In this document: piece after piece, positions 20,553-30,609 of the stretch | How positions within the stretch are numbered: position 1 is the stretch's first letter | Layout of the letters: the number at the start of each line of letters is the position of its first letter | Assembly: GCA_023247705.1 (NCBI GenBank) | Contig: JAHFFY010000008.1 | Span: 664-64,663, forward strand | DNA from: Candidatus Omnitrophota bacterium | GTDB taxonomy: Bacteria > Omnitrophota > Gorgyraeia > Zapsychrales > JAHFFX01 | DNA: 64,000 bases | Direction of reading: 5' to 3' | The notes under the pieces: model-generated | The model's database searches: none | What the model saw: only the letters and a program-made list of their open reading frames with translations | Told to the model about the DNA's origin: nothing | Made by a program: the position numbers and the translations under genes

Positions 20553-20734
20553 TCGTAGACTTTATCCAAACTTTTCTGTTGAACAGTGATCTGATGCTCG
20601 CGGCCCGTGATCTTGCGCTTCACGAATCCAGATTGTTCTAAAATACGAATGGGCTTGAAGATGGTGAAGAAAGATATGTCAAAACGTTCGGTGAGTTCGG
20701 AAACTTTGCGGGGCGCTTTCGTGACCAGTTCCAA
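20549..20734 (-). CDS. ArsR/SmtB-like winged-helix regulator, short or N-terminally truncated
   Basis: 61 aa; SELTERFDIS....IRILEQSGFVKRKITGREHQITV fits the ArsR HTH-wing pattern, but the ORF starts at TTG directly after an in-frame TAG and lacks helix 1. Confidence 0.35.
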   Translation of the reverse strand: MELVTKAPRKVSELTERFDISFFTIFKPIRILEQSGFVKRKITGREHQITVQQKSLDKVYE

Positions 20735-20805
20735 AATCTACCGGCGGTTGGCATCGGCCAGTACATAAAAAATATGACTCAACCCGTGTTGCACTTCATG
20801 GTTGA

Positions 20806-22596
20806 ATGTGGGTATTTAATCATACGGTTAAATATTACTGCAAAAAATTCTCTATCAAAATTATTGTTTCTTTTTTGCTTCCTGTTATGATGATTTTCAT
20901 AATGTTATCCAAACCAAAAATTAAGCCAATCCTATGCATAGCAATCATGTTGATTGGTCTTTCCGTTTTGGCGCAGGCCCAACAGACGGACGTTGATCAA
21001 GCCATCCGGGAGATTAATCGTCCCTTAAGCGAAGAAATAAAAGAAAAGCTAAAACCATCCCTCCTGAAGCCACCCGAAATTTTTCCACCCCCTCAGCCAA
21101 AACCGGACGAAGGACCCCGTTTTTCTATCAAAAAAATAAAACTGACCGGTATAGAAAGTTTTTCGCCGGATCACTTTGACGCTATAAAAAAAAGTTACGA
21201 AGAGCGAGACGTATCATTCGCGGAATTGAATAATCTTACCAAAGAAATTGCGCAGGAATATTTGCGACACGGAATTTTAGCCACCTGTTTTATCCCCCAG
21301 CAGAAAATCCAAGATGGGATATTCGCAATCCAAGTGGTGGAAGCCAGAATGGGAGTCCTGCATATCAACGAACATAAATATTTTAAACAAAACCGAATCA
21401 ATTATTATTGGAAACTGCGTAAAGAGGAAATTGTAAAATATCCGACCATATTGCAAAGCCTCTCGCTCATCAATAAAAATCCGGACCGGGAAGCCAAAGC
21501 GATTTTCCACAAAGGAACTCAGCCGAAAACAACCGATGTGACCCTTGATGTCAAGACAAATTTTCCCATGCACTTTAGCTACGGTCTGGATAACGAAGGC
21601 GTGACATCAACTGGAAAGAATAGAATGAATCTCGGAGTCCGACACAATAATTTTATAGGGTTAGACGATACTTTATTAAGCGGATATCTTTTCGGCAAGG
21701 ATTTTAACGGTATTTATACTTACCATTCTATCCCGATCACGAATTTTGGGACTACACTGGTTTACGGACATAGCTATAGCAAAGCAGCTCCTAAAAAGGA
21801 ATTTGAAGCCTCCGGTATCCATGCCATGGCCAGAGACATTACGGTCGCCCTTCATCAGGATCTATTTAGGGAAGGCCAACCGGCTGGAGAAGTTCATCTT
21901 GAATTGGATGCCAAAGACAATACAACCATAGAAAATTCCGGGACCACGATCCGTGACCGACTACGGGTGATCCGCCTGGGTTTTGATCTGCTCTCGAGAA
22001 AATTCAATCAAGCGACTTATCTGATTACCGAGATCTCTCAAGGCATCAACGGGCTGGGTGCAAGAAGATTAAATTCATTCTCAAGCCGGGAAGCAGAGAA
22101 TGTCTTTACTAAACTGAATGTAACCTTCCAGTTCAGACACCCCCTCCTATTCGGCCTGCAAGGGAATACTCAAATCAAAGGACAAGTGGCCTCCACTCGG
22201 CTCACACCGGAAGAAGGATTTTACTTAGGCGGGATCTCTTCGGTGAGAGGTTACCCTTCGGGTGACTTTTTAGCCGACGATGCGCTGCAGACCAATACGG
22301 AGTTGCTGCTCCCTGCTTTTTTTATTCCCGACTCTTTGCCGATGCCTTTTTCAAAAAAATCCTTTAAAGATAATGTGACGTTCATCACTTTCTTGGATTA
22401 CGGTTGGGGGAATAAACGTGATCACCTGACCAATGAAAAGGATACGGCTAATTTAATGAGCACCGGGGCAGGATTACGCATTCTGATTTTGGATAAAGCC
22501 ATCTTACGGCTGGAATGGGGGTTTCCCATTGGTGATGCAACGATCACCGAAGGAGGGAATTCCCGCTTTCACTTCTCGATTGATTTCGAAATGTAG
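20806..22596 (+). CDS. Two-partner secretion outer-membrane transporter (TpsB; ShlB/FhaC/HecB family)
   Basis: 596 aa; signal peptide; POTRA (FSIKKIKLTGIESFSPDHFDAI...GIFAIQVVEARMGVLHINEHKY); beta-barrel with conserved L6 motif SSVRGYPSGDF. Confidence 0.8.
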   Translation: MWVFNHTVKYYCKKFSIKIIVSFLLPVMMIFIMLSKPKIKPILCIAIMLIGLSVLAQAQQTDVDQAIREINRPLSEEIKEKLKPSLLKPPEIFPPPQPKPDEGPRFSIKKIKLTGIESFSPDHFDAIKKSYEERDVSFAELNNLTKEIAQEYLRHGILATCFIPQQKIQDGIFAIQVVEARMGVLHINEHKYFKQNRINYYWKLRKEEIVKYPTILQSLSLINKNPDREAKAIFHKGTQPKTTDVTLDVKTNFPMHFSYGLDNEGVTSTGKNRMNLGVRHNNFIGLDDTLLSGYLFGKDFNGIYTYHSIPITNFGTTLVYGHSYSKAAPKKEFEASGIHAMARDITVALHQDLFREGQPAGEVHLELDAKDNTTIENSGTTIRDRLRVIRLGFDLLSRKFNQATYLITEISQGINGLGARRLNSFSSREAENVFTKLNVTFQFRHPLLFGLQGNTQIKGQVASTRLTPEEGFYLGGISSVRGYPSGDFLADDALQTNTELLLPAFFIPDSLPMPFSKKSFKDNVTFITFLDYGWGNKRDHLTNEKDTANLMSTGAGLRILILDKAILRLEWGFPIGDATITEGGNSRFHFSIDFEM

Positions 22597-22820
22597 AAAA
22601 ACTTCTTAGAAATTATTCCTATTGGTCTTTTCTTTACTAAAGGATCTATGGAAGTCCAATATAAAAACCTTTTCTCTCCAGAAAAAAAACCTAATATTGA
22701 CCCTCTGATATCCGTTAGTCGTAAAAAGGTCAATCAATTAAGAACTATTTTTTGTCGTCATTACAATGACGACAACCATCAACCCGCGAACGCGATAACC
22801 CTTCGATTCTATTCTGTTTT

Positions 22821-25800
22821 CTATTTGGATGTCTTATCTAAAGAAGTTGCGACCGCGGGAACGGTGGATTGCATCTCGGAAGGAAATGTTGTTTCGCTAA
22901 AAAAAATTTCTTCTGGAGGAGCTATTATTGCTGATGTAAAAACTGGAGACAGTATTTTCTGAGGCGATGATGTTTCAAGCGCCAATGCGATTCCGAATGG
23001 AAACGGTGTGTTAGCAGGAGATCCGGTTTCGTTGGTCACTCTTGGCGCATTAAACCCGGAAGATGTATCCAAGGTATTCCACGTCAAAGGAACCCATAAC
23101 TTTTTAAATCTTTCTTTAGACCGCCCTCTCTTACCCCGAGGTTGAGGAAACTCCCTGGGATCAAGGGTGATGGGCGGAGGTTCTTCCACAGGCAGCAATC
23201 CGATTGTTTGATCAAGAGAGGTCTGATCAAATGTGATTTGATTAACATTTGTTTCATCAACGCTTGTTTTAACATCTGGATCTTCTTGAGGAGGAATCTG
23301 TTCTTCGGTGGAAAAAAGCCAGTGCTGGTTGCCCAGGGAATCTAAACAGCCAACGTCACATCGGATATCGTTAAGACTAAGCACATGAGAATCCTTGATA
23401 TCCAAATTCGCAACGGTGATTGGACCGAGCGGTAGAAGATTCCAAGCCTGTCCTGCGGAACTGGAACGCAATGACAATCGGGTTAAGGCACTTTCTCCTT
23501 TCAGCGTTAATGCGCCTTTGATCATTTGTGTTTTGCCCTGATCAAAGATCAACACCTCCGGGCCGGTCGCTATCTTCGTTAGGTTGTTAAATACCGAGGA
23601 GCCTAAAATGATTTGATCCCCTCCATTGAAAATGACCTGACCGGTCGCGCTGAATTTCCCGCTATTGGACCAGTCTCCTGCCAAGAAAATTGTTTTTCCA
23701 TTATCCGAAAAGGTCGCGTTAGAATCAATTGTAAAATCCCCCTTAATGTAGGTGTCAGCAGCGATGATCCATGAACCGCTGCCACTCAACGTTAGATGAT
23801 AATAGTGATTCCCAGCGGCCAATTGAGTATATTTTTTAGTTCCCACATATTGCCAGGTCCCCGAATCATCGTCATTTCCCGCGCTTAATATCACTTTTTC
23901 ATTGCCATCCAGGCGAATGGTCGTATCAACGGCGACCGTGTCCGCTACACTCAGATTGTTTCCATTCAAACTCAATATCCCAGAATTGACACTCAACCGA
24001 CCATTGATCGTTGTTGCTTTCGCTAATTGCACCACATCATTACTGTCAGTGGTATTGATCTTCAAATTAAAAAAATTCGTGCTGCCAAAATCATGTAATA
24101 TAAATGTGTCCGCTGAGAGGTCTCCATCACCCGTATATTCCACCAAACCCGAGTCGATATCCAGATTAGTCACCTTGGTTAAGGTTTCATTGCCTCTAAG
24201 ACGAAACGTTCCCTCATTGGAAACCGCAACAGCCGAAGAAAATTGCAGATTATTTCCGGCCAGGGAAAAAACATTATTGGCATTGATGGTTAATGCGGTC
24301 AACTTCACGGCCGACCCAAGCGTTCTTGTTACACCGGACCCGCCAATCACGAGGTGGCCTAAATCCTGCTTTGTTGAATGGTTATCCGTGAGGATCCCAG
24401 TTCCTTGCAAGATTAAATTCTTCCCACCCGTGGCTTTCTTAAATGTGGTTTGGGGATCCAGGCTGAATCCCTTGGCGATCATAAGAGTGATTGTCTCTTG
24501 CTCTAATGTTCCGGTCCCTAATAAATTGAGATCCCCCTTGACATCGATCACGCTGTCTCCGCCGTTAAGTGTTCCCGCAATCGACAGGTCATTCGTCGTC
24601 AGAGTCATGGCACCGGTCCTTAAAGTCACGCTTTTAGAAATAACCGTTGATCCGAAAGACGTAATGTCATTGTTGGCGGTATAGATTGGGTTCTTCGACT
24701 CACTCGAACGGTTAAAGGTCAGAGAACCAACACCGATAATACCGCGCAAATCACTGTTCTTGGAAGACGAGAGAATCAGATGATAACCATTTCCCACGAT
24801 CGAAGACCCCTTGTTCATGGTCAATTGACCAACGCCCTTGCCGACACTGTCGGCAATCAACGCTGTGTCCCCGATCAAGGTGATGACGGCTTCCTTGCTA
24901 ATATCGATACTCCCAGGATCCGCAATCGTTCCACTATATTTTCCAGTAGATAAATTGACAAATCCATCCCAATTTTCAACAAACGCCCGATCGACTTGAT
25001 AGATGCCGCCAATATCAAAAGCTGCCCCATATTCATTCAGTGCTTCAGCGATCAGGGATCCGTGGCTGACAATTGTTCCCCCGGCCTTTAAATCAATTGT
25101 TCCTCCTTCAGCAGAAATCGTCCCGGTCGACTGAATATCCCCCGAGGCCACCAAGTCAATCCGTCCGTCCTCTGCGTTGATCGCGCAATCGGCGCGAACA
25201 ATCCCGTCCAAATTGATTGTGTCGGCAAACACAGCCGGCAGGCTTTCGGCAGATAAAATCACAACTCCACCCTTAGCCTCAATGGTCCCGGAATGCTTGA
25301 TTTGATCCGCAATCAGATGGCCTTCCCTATCATATATCGTGGAAGCCGTCTTCTCCTCTAACGCAACCGCGATCAATCCTTCGCCAGAAATATCTAAACG
25401 CACTGTATCCCCCGCTGCTAAAACGACTTTACCTAAAGAAACGACAATCGTTCCCGTATTTGATATCCCTCCGGCGATCAAAGCGCCAAAACCGCCCTCC
25501 TGTAAGTTAATCGTTCCTTCATTAAGCAATAAACGATCTAATTGATCTTCGGAAAATTTCTTAAACAAAAAATTTTCGTTTAAAAAATCTTGGTTGGCAA
25601 TCTCCCGGGTTGAAATGATCAGACGATCAGCGTTAATCCGCGCCTGAGGGCCGATATAAATACCATTGGGGTTGGTCAAAATAAAAAGCCCATGAGTGGT
25701 CAGATCTCCTAAAATCTCACTGAGGCTATTCCCTGAAACCCGATTCAATATTTTACTTTCGGAAGAAGGAAGGGTCACGATCACGGATTCATGGGGATTA

Positions 25801-25997
25801 ATATTAAACGATGAATATTGAACGATCGTGTTCTCCGAGGCATGAATCGTCATGGTATTTTGATCAACTTGAATTTGAGCCGCCCCTGAGATCACTTCTT
25901 CAATCTGAGGCAGAGCATACACCTGCCCTGACCAAGATGTTAATAAAACAATGCTGGCGAGCGAGCGTTTCAATTTTTTAAAATGATGATTTCCCAT
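22821..25997 (-). CDS. TpsA exoprotein with N-terminal TPS (haemagglutination-activity) domain, beta-helical repeats and Pro/Ser/Thr-rich C-terminus
   Basis: 1058 aa; signal peptide; TPS-domain motifs NRVSGNSLSEILGDL and TNPNGIYIGPQARI; repetitive G/T/S/N/D-rich beta-helix region. Confidence 0.8.
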   Translation of the reverse strand: MGNHHFKKLKRSLASIVLLTSWSGQVYALPQIEEVISGAAQIQVDQNTMTIHASENTIVQYSSFNINPHESVIVTLPSSESKILNRVSGNSLSEILGDLTTHGLFILTNPNGIYIGPQARINADRLIISTREIANQDFLNENFLFKKFSEDQLDRLLLNEGTINLQEGGFGALIAGGISNTGTIVVSLGKVVLAAGDTVRLDISGEGLIAVALEEKTASTIYDREGHLIADQIKHSGTIEAKGGVVILSAESLPAVFADTINLDGIVRADCAINAEDGRIDLVASGDIQSTGTISAEGGTIDLKAGGTIVSHGSLIAEALNEYGAAFDIGGIYQVDRAFVENWDGFVNLSTGKYSGTIADPGSIDISKEAVITLIGDTALIADSVGKGVGQLTMNKGSSIVGNGYHLILSSSKNSDLRGIIGVGSLTFNRSSESKNPIYTANNDITSFGSTVISKSVTLRTGAMTLTTNDLSIAGTLNGGDSVIDVKGDLNLLGTGTLEQETITLMIAKGFSLDPQTTFKKATGGKNLILQGTGILTDNHSTKQDLGHLVIGGSGVTRTLGSAVKLTALTINANNVFSLAGNNLQFSSAVAVSNEGTFRLRGNETLTKVTNLDIDSGLVEYTGDGDLSADTFILHDFGSTNFFNLKINTTDSNDVVQLAKATTINGRLSVNSGILSLNGNNLSVADTVAVDTTIRLDGNEKVILSAGNDDDSGTWQYVGTKKYTQLAAGNHYYHLTLSGSGSWIIAADTYIKGDFTIDSNATFSDNGKTIFLAGDWSNSGKFSATGQVIFNGGDQIILGSSVFNNLTKIATGPEVLIFDQGKTQMIKGALTLKGESALTRLSLRSSSAGQAWNLLPLGPITVANLDIKDSHVLSLNDIRCDVGCLDSLGNQHWLFSTEEQIPPQEDPDVKTSVDETNVNQITFDQTSLDQTIGLLPVEEPPPITLDPREFPQPRGKRGRSKERFKKLWVPLTWNTLDTSSGFNAPRVTNETGSPANTPFPFGIALALETSSPQKILSPVFTSAIIAPPEEIFFSETTFPSEMQSTVPAVATSLDKTSK

Positions 25998-26267
25998 ACT
26001 CTATGCAAAAAAAACAAAATGCAAATTATAACTTCCCGCTATTCTTTGTAAAGGGGAAGACCAATAAAAATAACTTTTTAGGATGAAATTATAGCTTATT
26101 TTTGCTTTCTTTCTTAGGATATTGCATTTTTTTTATAGTCCTATTTTCTTGCTCCCTTCTCTAAATTATTGAGCCTCCTTCCATTAAACAAAAAGAAAAA
26201 TTCAATAAGGTGAAAAATATTGTATTTTTATCTTAAGGACAAACTTCTTAAGTTATAATGAATTAAA

Positions 26268-27047
26268 ATGGATCAAAACACAATAATCTTCTGGACATTC
26301 TGGACCGGGATCATCAGCGCGTTGGCAACCGGCTTAGGCGCGATTCCCGTCCACTTTGTCAAATCCACCTCTAATATTATTAAATCTTTGGCCGGCTCAA
26401 TCGCGGCAGGCATGATGATCTCGGCATCCGTCTTTTCTCTCGCCCAGGAAGGGATCGCGCTTAAGTCCCGCTGGCCTTTGGCCCCCTACATCGTCATCCT
26501 AGGATTATTGCTGGGGGCGGCGTTTTTCTGGTTGATCGAAAAATATTCCGAGACCCACGACATCCATTTCGGAGAGATCGAAAAAGGGATCACCAAAAAA
26601 GGTTTTCTCATTTTTATCGCGATGTTTATTCACTCGATCCCGGAAGGCATCGCCATCGGGGTCGGGTTCGCGACCGGGAATTTCAGTTTCGGATTGATCA
26701 TGGCCGTGGCAATCGCCGTCCACAATATTCCGGAAGGGATCGCCATTTCTCTTCCCTTGCATAACGAAGGCGTCTCCACCAAAAAATGCGCCCTGCTGTC
26801 GATCCTCTCCAGTATCCCGCAACCGATTATGGCGGTTCCCTCGGCGATCTTGACCTGGCTTTTTGAGCCCTTGCTTCCTCTGGGGTTGGGGATCGCGGGC
26901 GGCGCGATGATCTACATCGTTATGGCGGAATTAATTCCGGATGCGCTTAAAGAAGGGGGAAAGACATTAACCGCCTGGGGGGTCATGTTGGGGTTGTGCG
27001 GGATGCTTCTCATTACGAACTTGCTCAATTTATTGCAGCATCCCTGA
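26268..27047 (+). CDS. zupT: ZIP-family zinc transporter (ZupT-like)
   Basis: 259 aa; two HSIPEGIAIG / HNIPEGIAIS metal-binding motifs. Confidence 0.85.
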   Translation: MDQNTIIFWTFWTGIISALATGLGAIPVHFVKSTSNIIKSLAGSIAAGMMISASVFSLAQEGIALKSRWPLAPYIVILGLLLGAAFFWLIEKYSETHDIHFGEIEKGITKKGFLIFIAMFIHSIPEGIAIGVGFATGNFSFGLIMAVAIAVHNIPEGIAISLPLHNEGVSTKKCALLSILSSIPQPIMAVPSAILTWLFEPLLPLGLGIAGGAMIYIVMAELIPDALKEGGKTLTAWGVMLGLCGMLLITNLLNLLQHP

Positions 27048-27281
27048 TCTTGTTCTAACGGAAACAAATCGAAACCGTTTGACCTTCTTCCCATCAATCA
27101 CAATCTCTTCCAGAAACATTTTCTTGGGACGGACCCACAACAAATTTTTTCCGAATTTTGTTTTGTACAAGGCTTGGTAAACCACCATTTCTTCCAGGGT
27201 CTCGCTGTGACGGGCTTCTGCAATCACCTGGTAAAATTTTCCTTTATAATGCCGATAACGGCCTAATTGAATTTTTTTCAT
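27030..27281 (-). CDS. DUF1653 domain protein
   Basis: Likely start at MKKIQLGRYRHYKGKFYQV (ATG 27279-27281); YRHYKG...EEMVVYQALY...WVRP pattern. Confidence 0.55.
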   Translation of the reverse strand: MKKIQLGRYRHYKGKFYQVIAEARHSETLEEMVVYQALYKTKFGKNLLWVRPKKMFLEEIVIDGKKVKRFRFVSVRTRSGMLQ

Positions 27282-27289
27282 AAAAAAAT

Positions 27290-27817
27290 TTAAGTCTTGG
27301 GGCGCGCAGATTTTTGTTGTTTCAGCAAAACAAATAACGCCGCGCAATAAACACATACCGCTATCACAAAACTCACAACCGTATATCCCAGAAAAACCGC
27401 ACCGATCGTCCGCAACACCGCCGCATCCGTAAATCTCGACCAGTCACTCAACCGGTACCAATGATAACCTTCAAATGCCTTTTGGAATCCCGTTTGTAAT
27501 GCCTGCCAGTCGTTGCCGGTCAGCCACGCCCCGATTTTCAAGGAAATGACGAACGTCACGACGCTTAGCCAGGTATTGGTCAAAATACTTCCCAGCAAAG
27601 CAGCCGCTTTATTGACCCGAAGAATAAATGCAGCAACGAGCGCGGTGGCCGGACCCAACCCCGGCCAATTGCCTAAAAAAACGCCGATGCCCAGACCGAT
27701 CGCTTTGCGTTGTGGAGAATCATCGATTTCTATTAGCTGACGATAAATGGAAATAAAAAATTGTTTGATTTTTTCGACCAACGCATCCCTCACGTTCTCA
27801 AGGCGAGAAAAACTCAA
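27290..27817 (-). CDS. DUF2062 domain membrane protein
   Basis: 175 aa; SPQRKAIGLGIGVFLGNWPGLGPATALVAAFIL pattern. Confidence 0.55.
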   Translation of the reverse strand: MSFSRLENVRDALVEKIKQFFISIYRQLIEIDDSPQRKAIGLGIGVFLGNWPGLGPATALVAAFILRVNKAAALLGSILTNTWLSVVTFVISLKIGAWLTGNDWQALQTGFQKAFEGYHWYRLSDWSRFTDAAVLRTIGAVFLGYTVVSFVIAVCVYCAALFVLLKQQKSARPKT

Positions 27818-29016
27818 TGATCCATGCCCAACGACTCTCGATCAAAACTTTTGGTTAAAAAATATGCGTAAAGAACGGCCATTGCGTCGATGTCATTGGA
27901 AGTCGGATTATCATATTCACAAATTAATTCGTACTGATGATTTTTGAACACGGGGATCCCCTTCGCGCTGGAATAACACTGTGATTCAGCCACCCCGATC
28001 CGTTGATTGTAATTCTTAACCCGGCTCTTGAAGATTCTTTTTCCGGTCGTCACATCGCGCAATTCAAGCGATTTTGCATAGGCATGGACATGAATAGAGA
28101 TATGATGTACGGTGGTGTCGTAAGGCAGTTCCAATCCTTTCGCAAGAATATAACGGTATTGATGCCGGCCGGGCGGAACAAACCAATGATAACTGTCTTG
28201 CTGTCCCTCTTTATTAGTCAGGACATTTCTTTCCGTCGATTGAACGGGTTGAGCCGATTCGAGCTCTGCGTCCACATCCTCACCCATACTATGACAGGAT
28301 GATTTTCTTTGGTCGGATAAAGAAACAGGAACCCGTATCGTCAGACAGCGTCGGAAGACCGGCTTAACTGGCACGACCAGTTCTTTATCCCGGAGGAAAT
28401 TAAAAGTGGCTTTGGTCTTTACGCTAAAAGGTTTGGCCATCGGATTGTTATTGATCACCATCGAATGAAAGATAAAAGGCTCATCCGAAGAAATAGGCAA
28501 TCCGAAATTGGGAGGCAAATCAACCTCCGTCCTTCCCTGGATCAATGTGACGAATTTATAATCTTGATTGGCGAGATTAGGCCCGAAGGCTTTATTCCGC
28601 TTGCGGATATCAAAGGTGTCCGGATTGAATTTGAGGTGACTGTGGCATAAATATTCCTGAGATTTCGGGGCATTCGTCACCGAATCCACGACCTCGACTT
28701 TAAACCCGGTCAACCATAATAACTCCGGCTTCTCGCTTTCTGTAAATGAAACCTGCTGATTATCAACCAATCCGGTCATCGACTGGTACACACGATCAAT
28801 GGTCTGCGGCTTGGAGAATACCGTGATTTGATGCTGGATATTTTGGGGAGGTTGACGGTGTTGTGCAGATTGCGCTGCCGAAGCGAGAATTGTTCCCAGA
28901 CAAATCAGGCAAAACAAAACAAAGGTAAGATAAAATTTTTGTCTGATCGATGGCATAGTCATCATGTTATCTAAAATATAACTCAGACCATTTTTCCCGA
29001 AACAATTATTGTTCAT
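27814..29016 (-). CDS. Hypothetical secreted/anchored protein (400 aa)
   Basis: N-terminal hydrophobic segment FYLTFVLFCLICLGTILASAAQSAQ; no recognisable domain. Confidence 0.45.
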   Translation of the reverse strand: MNNNCFGKNGLSYILDNMMTMPSIRQKFYLTFVLFCLICLGTILASAAQSAQHRQPPQNIQHQITVFSKPQTIDRVYQSMTGLVDNQQVSFTESEKPELLWLTGFKVEVVDSVTNAPKSQEYLCHSHLKFNPDTFDIRKRNKAFGPNLANQDYKFVTLIQGRTEVDLPPNFGLPISSDEPFIFHSMVINNNPMAKPFSVKTKATFNFLRDKELVVPVKPVFRRCLTIRVPVSLSDQRKSSCHSMGEDVDAELESAQPVQSTERNVLTNKEGQQDSYHWFVPPGRHQYRYILAKGLELPYDTTVHHISIHVHAYAKSLELRDVTTGKRIFKSRVKNYNQRIGVAESQCYSSAKGIPVFKNHQYELICEYDNPTSNDIDAMAVLYAYFLTKSFDRESLGMDH

Positions 29017-29582
29017 TGTTTGGGATTCTCCTTGATGCGATAACCAACGAGCGATTGATCATCCATCTTGACTTCTTCCAGTTCAAAAATTTTCTTGAGC
29101 AAGAAAAAATAGGGATATTCTCCGCCGACAACCACCCACCGGGCATGGTCATCATAAAACAGCTTGTCCTGAATCGCCGTCCGGTCAATCACCCAGCCTT
29201 TTTTCTCTTTATATAAAAAAACCGGCCCTAAATTCTTGAGGTCAGGAAAATAAATAACCGCAAAATCCCCCTCGCTGTAAACCTGAAAAGGCCGATCGAA
29301 CATCTTTGCCGAATCTTTAAATTTGGGGTCAACCAAAATCCTTTTCCCCTTTTTGCGCCATTGCGCATCGAAAAGCGGCAAATCATAACAATACATTCCA
29401 TCCTTCACCAATGCTAACTCCAATGAAAATGACGCCTCCGGGGTCGCCTGCGGCACGTACTCTTTTTTTAATTCTTGATAATAAATCTCTTCGGGGGTGT
29501 CAGCAAAGGCAAAGAGACTCATCCCCTGGATAAAAAGAACCAACAGAGCCTGCCCCATCCAAAAACGTTTTATGTTCATCAT
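29013..29582 (-). CDS. Hypothetical secreted protein (189 aa)
   Basis: Signal peptide MMNIKRFWMGQALLVLFIQGMSLFAFA; 4-bp overlap with the downstream gene. Confidence 0.45.
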   Translation of the reverse strand: MMNIKRFWMGQALLVLFIQGMSLFAFADTPEEIYYQELKKEYVPQATPEASFSLELALVKDGMYCYDLPLFDAQWRKKGKRILVDPKFKDSAKMFDRPFQVYSEGDFAVIYFPDLKNLGPVFLYKEKKGWVIDRTAIQDKLFYDDHARWVVVGGEYPYFFLLKKIFELEEVKMDDQSLVGYRIKENPKQ

Positions 29583-29722
29583 GGATCTCTACTTTCTTGT
29601 TTTCTTATTTTTTAAGTTACTTTGCATGTCAGAATTTTTTTTTATGTTATAATATCTCGATTTTATTTGAACGTGGACTTCATTTAATCTATTGGCCATT
29701 CAAATTATTGAGGAGAGAACCC

Positions 29723-30121
29723 ATGAACAAGACCAAACCCTCTCTCGGATTACATTACCTCCCATTATTCATTTTTCTAATAAGCGGATTCATCGCTTCC
29801 TGTACGAGCAATCATTTCACGGTTGAAGAAATGGAGTCCGGGAATAAATATATCACCGTTGAAAATATCCTGAAAATTAAAAAAGGCTTTTCCACCCAAG
29901 ATGAGGTTGAAGCTATTTTCGGGAAACCCGATTCAACCGCCACCGACCCCGCCACCCAAAACATGACCTGGACTTATATCTACACCAAAACCAAACAGAA
30001 TAGTTTTGAGCACGCCCCTTTTCTGATCGATCAAACAGATCTCGAAATCACGTTTAACCCTGAGGGGATTGTTAAAGAATACACCCAGACCGTTTCGAAT
30101 CGCTTAAAGGCAGAACGATAA
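29723..30121 (+). CDS. Small lipoprotein, BamE/SmpA-OmlA-like
   Basis: ATG 29723 after GAGGAGAG RBS; lipobox FIASC; ...STQDEVEAIFGKPDS...NMTWTYIY...ITFNPEGIVKEY resembles BamE. Confidence 0.45.
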   Translation: MNKTKPSLGLHYLPLFIFLISGFIASCTSNHFTVEEMESGNKYITVENILKIKKGFSTQDEVEAIFGKPDSTATDPATQNMTWTYIYTKTKQNSFEHAPFLIDQTDLEITFNPEGIVKEYTQTVSNRLKAER

Positions 30122-30137
30122 TCCAACGATCAGAAAA

Positions 30138-30569
30138 TTATCTTCCTTTGACCATTTCCGTGGCGACATTATTATGGCTGGCCAAGACCCGCCATTTGCC
30201 GTCTTTCTTCCGCCAGGTCATGGTATAACGTCGGACCGAACGGCCGGCGCCATCCACACTCTTTTCGATCGTAAAAAGATAATACTGAATAATGGCGATA
30301 TTGTCGAAGACCCCGCAGCTGATCGGACTGATGTAATGAATGGGAAATTTGGTCGTCTCGCTCCAAAACCCGACCCATTTCGAAAGCCACTTTTTATCCA
30401 GCATCAGAGGACTTTCATGACCAAAGCCTCTGAATTCAGGATCGATGTAATCCAAAAATTCATTCAATTTAGCCTGAATCAACATCTCCCAATGATGTTC
30501 CAGGCAGGCCCAAACTTCCTTTTGGGCGGCTGACCATTCTTCAGGACTTGGGGATAACGATTGCGGCAT
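30138..30569 (-). CDS. NTF2-like / SnoaL-like (DUF4440-type) protein
   Basis: 143 aa; ...RYTMTWRKKDGKWRVLASHNN is the typical C-terminal strand pattern of NTF2-like folds. Confidence 0.5.
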   Translation of the reverse strand: MPQSLSPSPEEWSAAQKEVWACLEHHWEMLIQAKLNEFLDYIDPEFRGFGHESPLMLDKKWLSKWVGFWSETTKFPIHYISPISCGVFDNIAIIQYYLFTIEKSVDGAGRSVRRYTMTWRKKDGKWRVLASHNNVATEMVKGR

Positions 30570-30609
30570 AAAAAACCTCCTTCAGTGATTCGTTGGATAT
30601 TATTAATTA

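Noticed and set aside
22648-22962. 104-aa plus-strand ORF between the tps genes
   Set aside because: Its last 140 bp overlap the 3' end of tpsA on the opposite strand; no RBS or recognisable domain; probably spurious, though an immunity-like small gene cannot be excluded.
23902-24684. 260-aa plus-strand ORF
   Set aside because: Antisense to the repetitive beta-helix region of tpsA.
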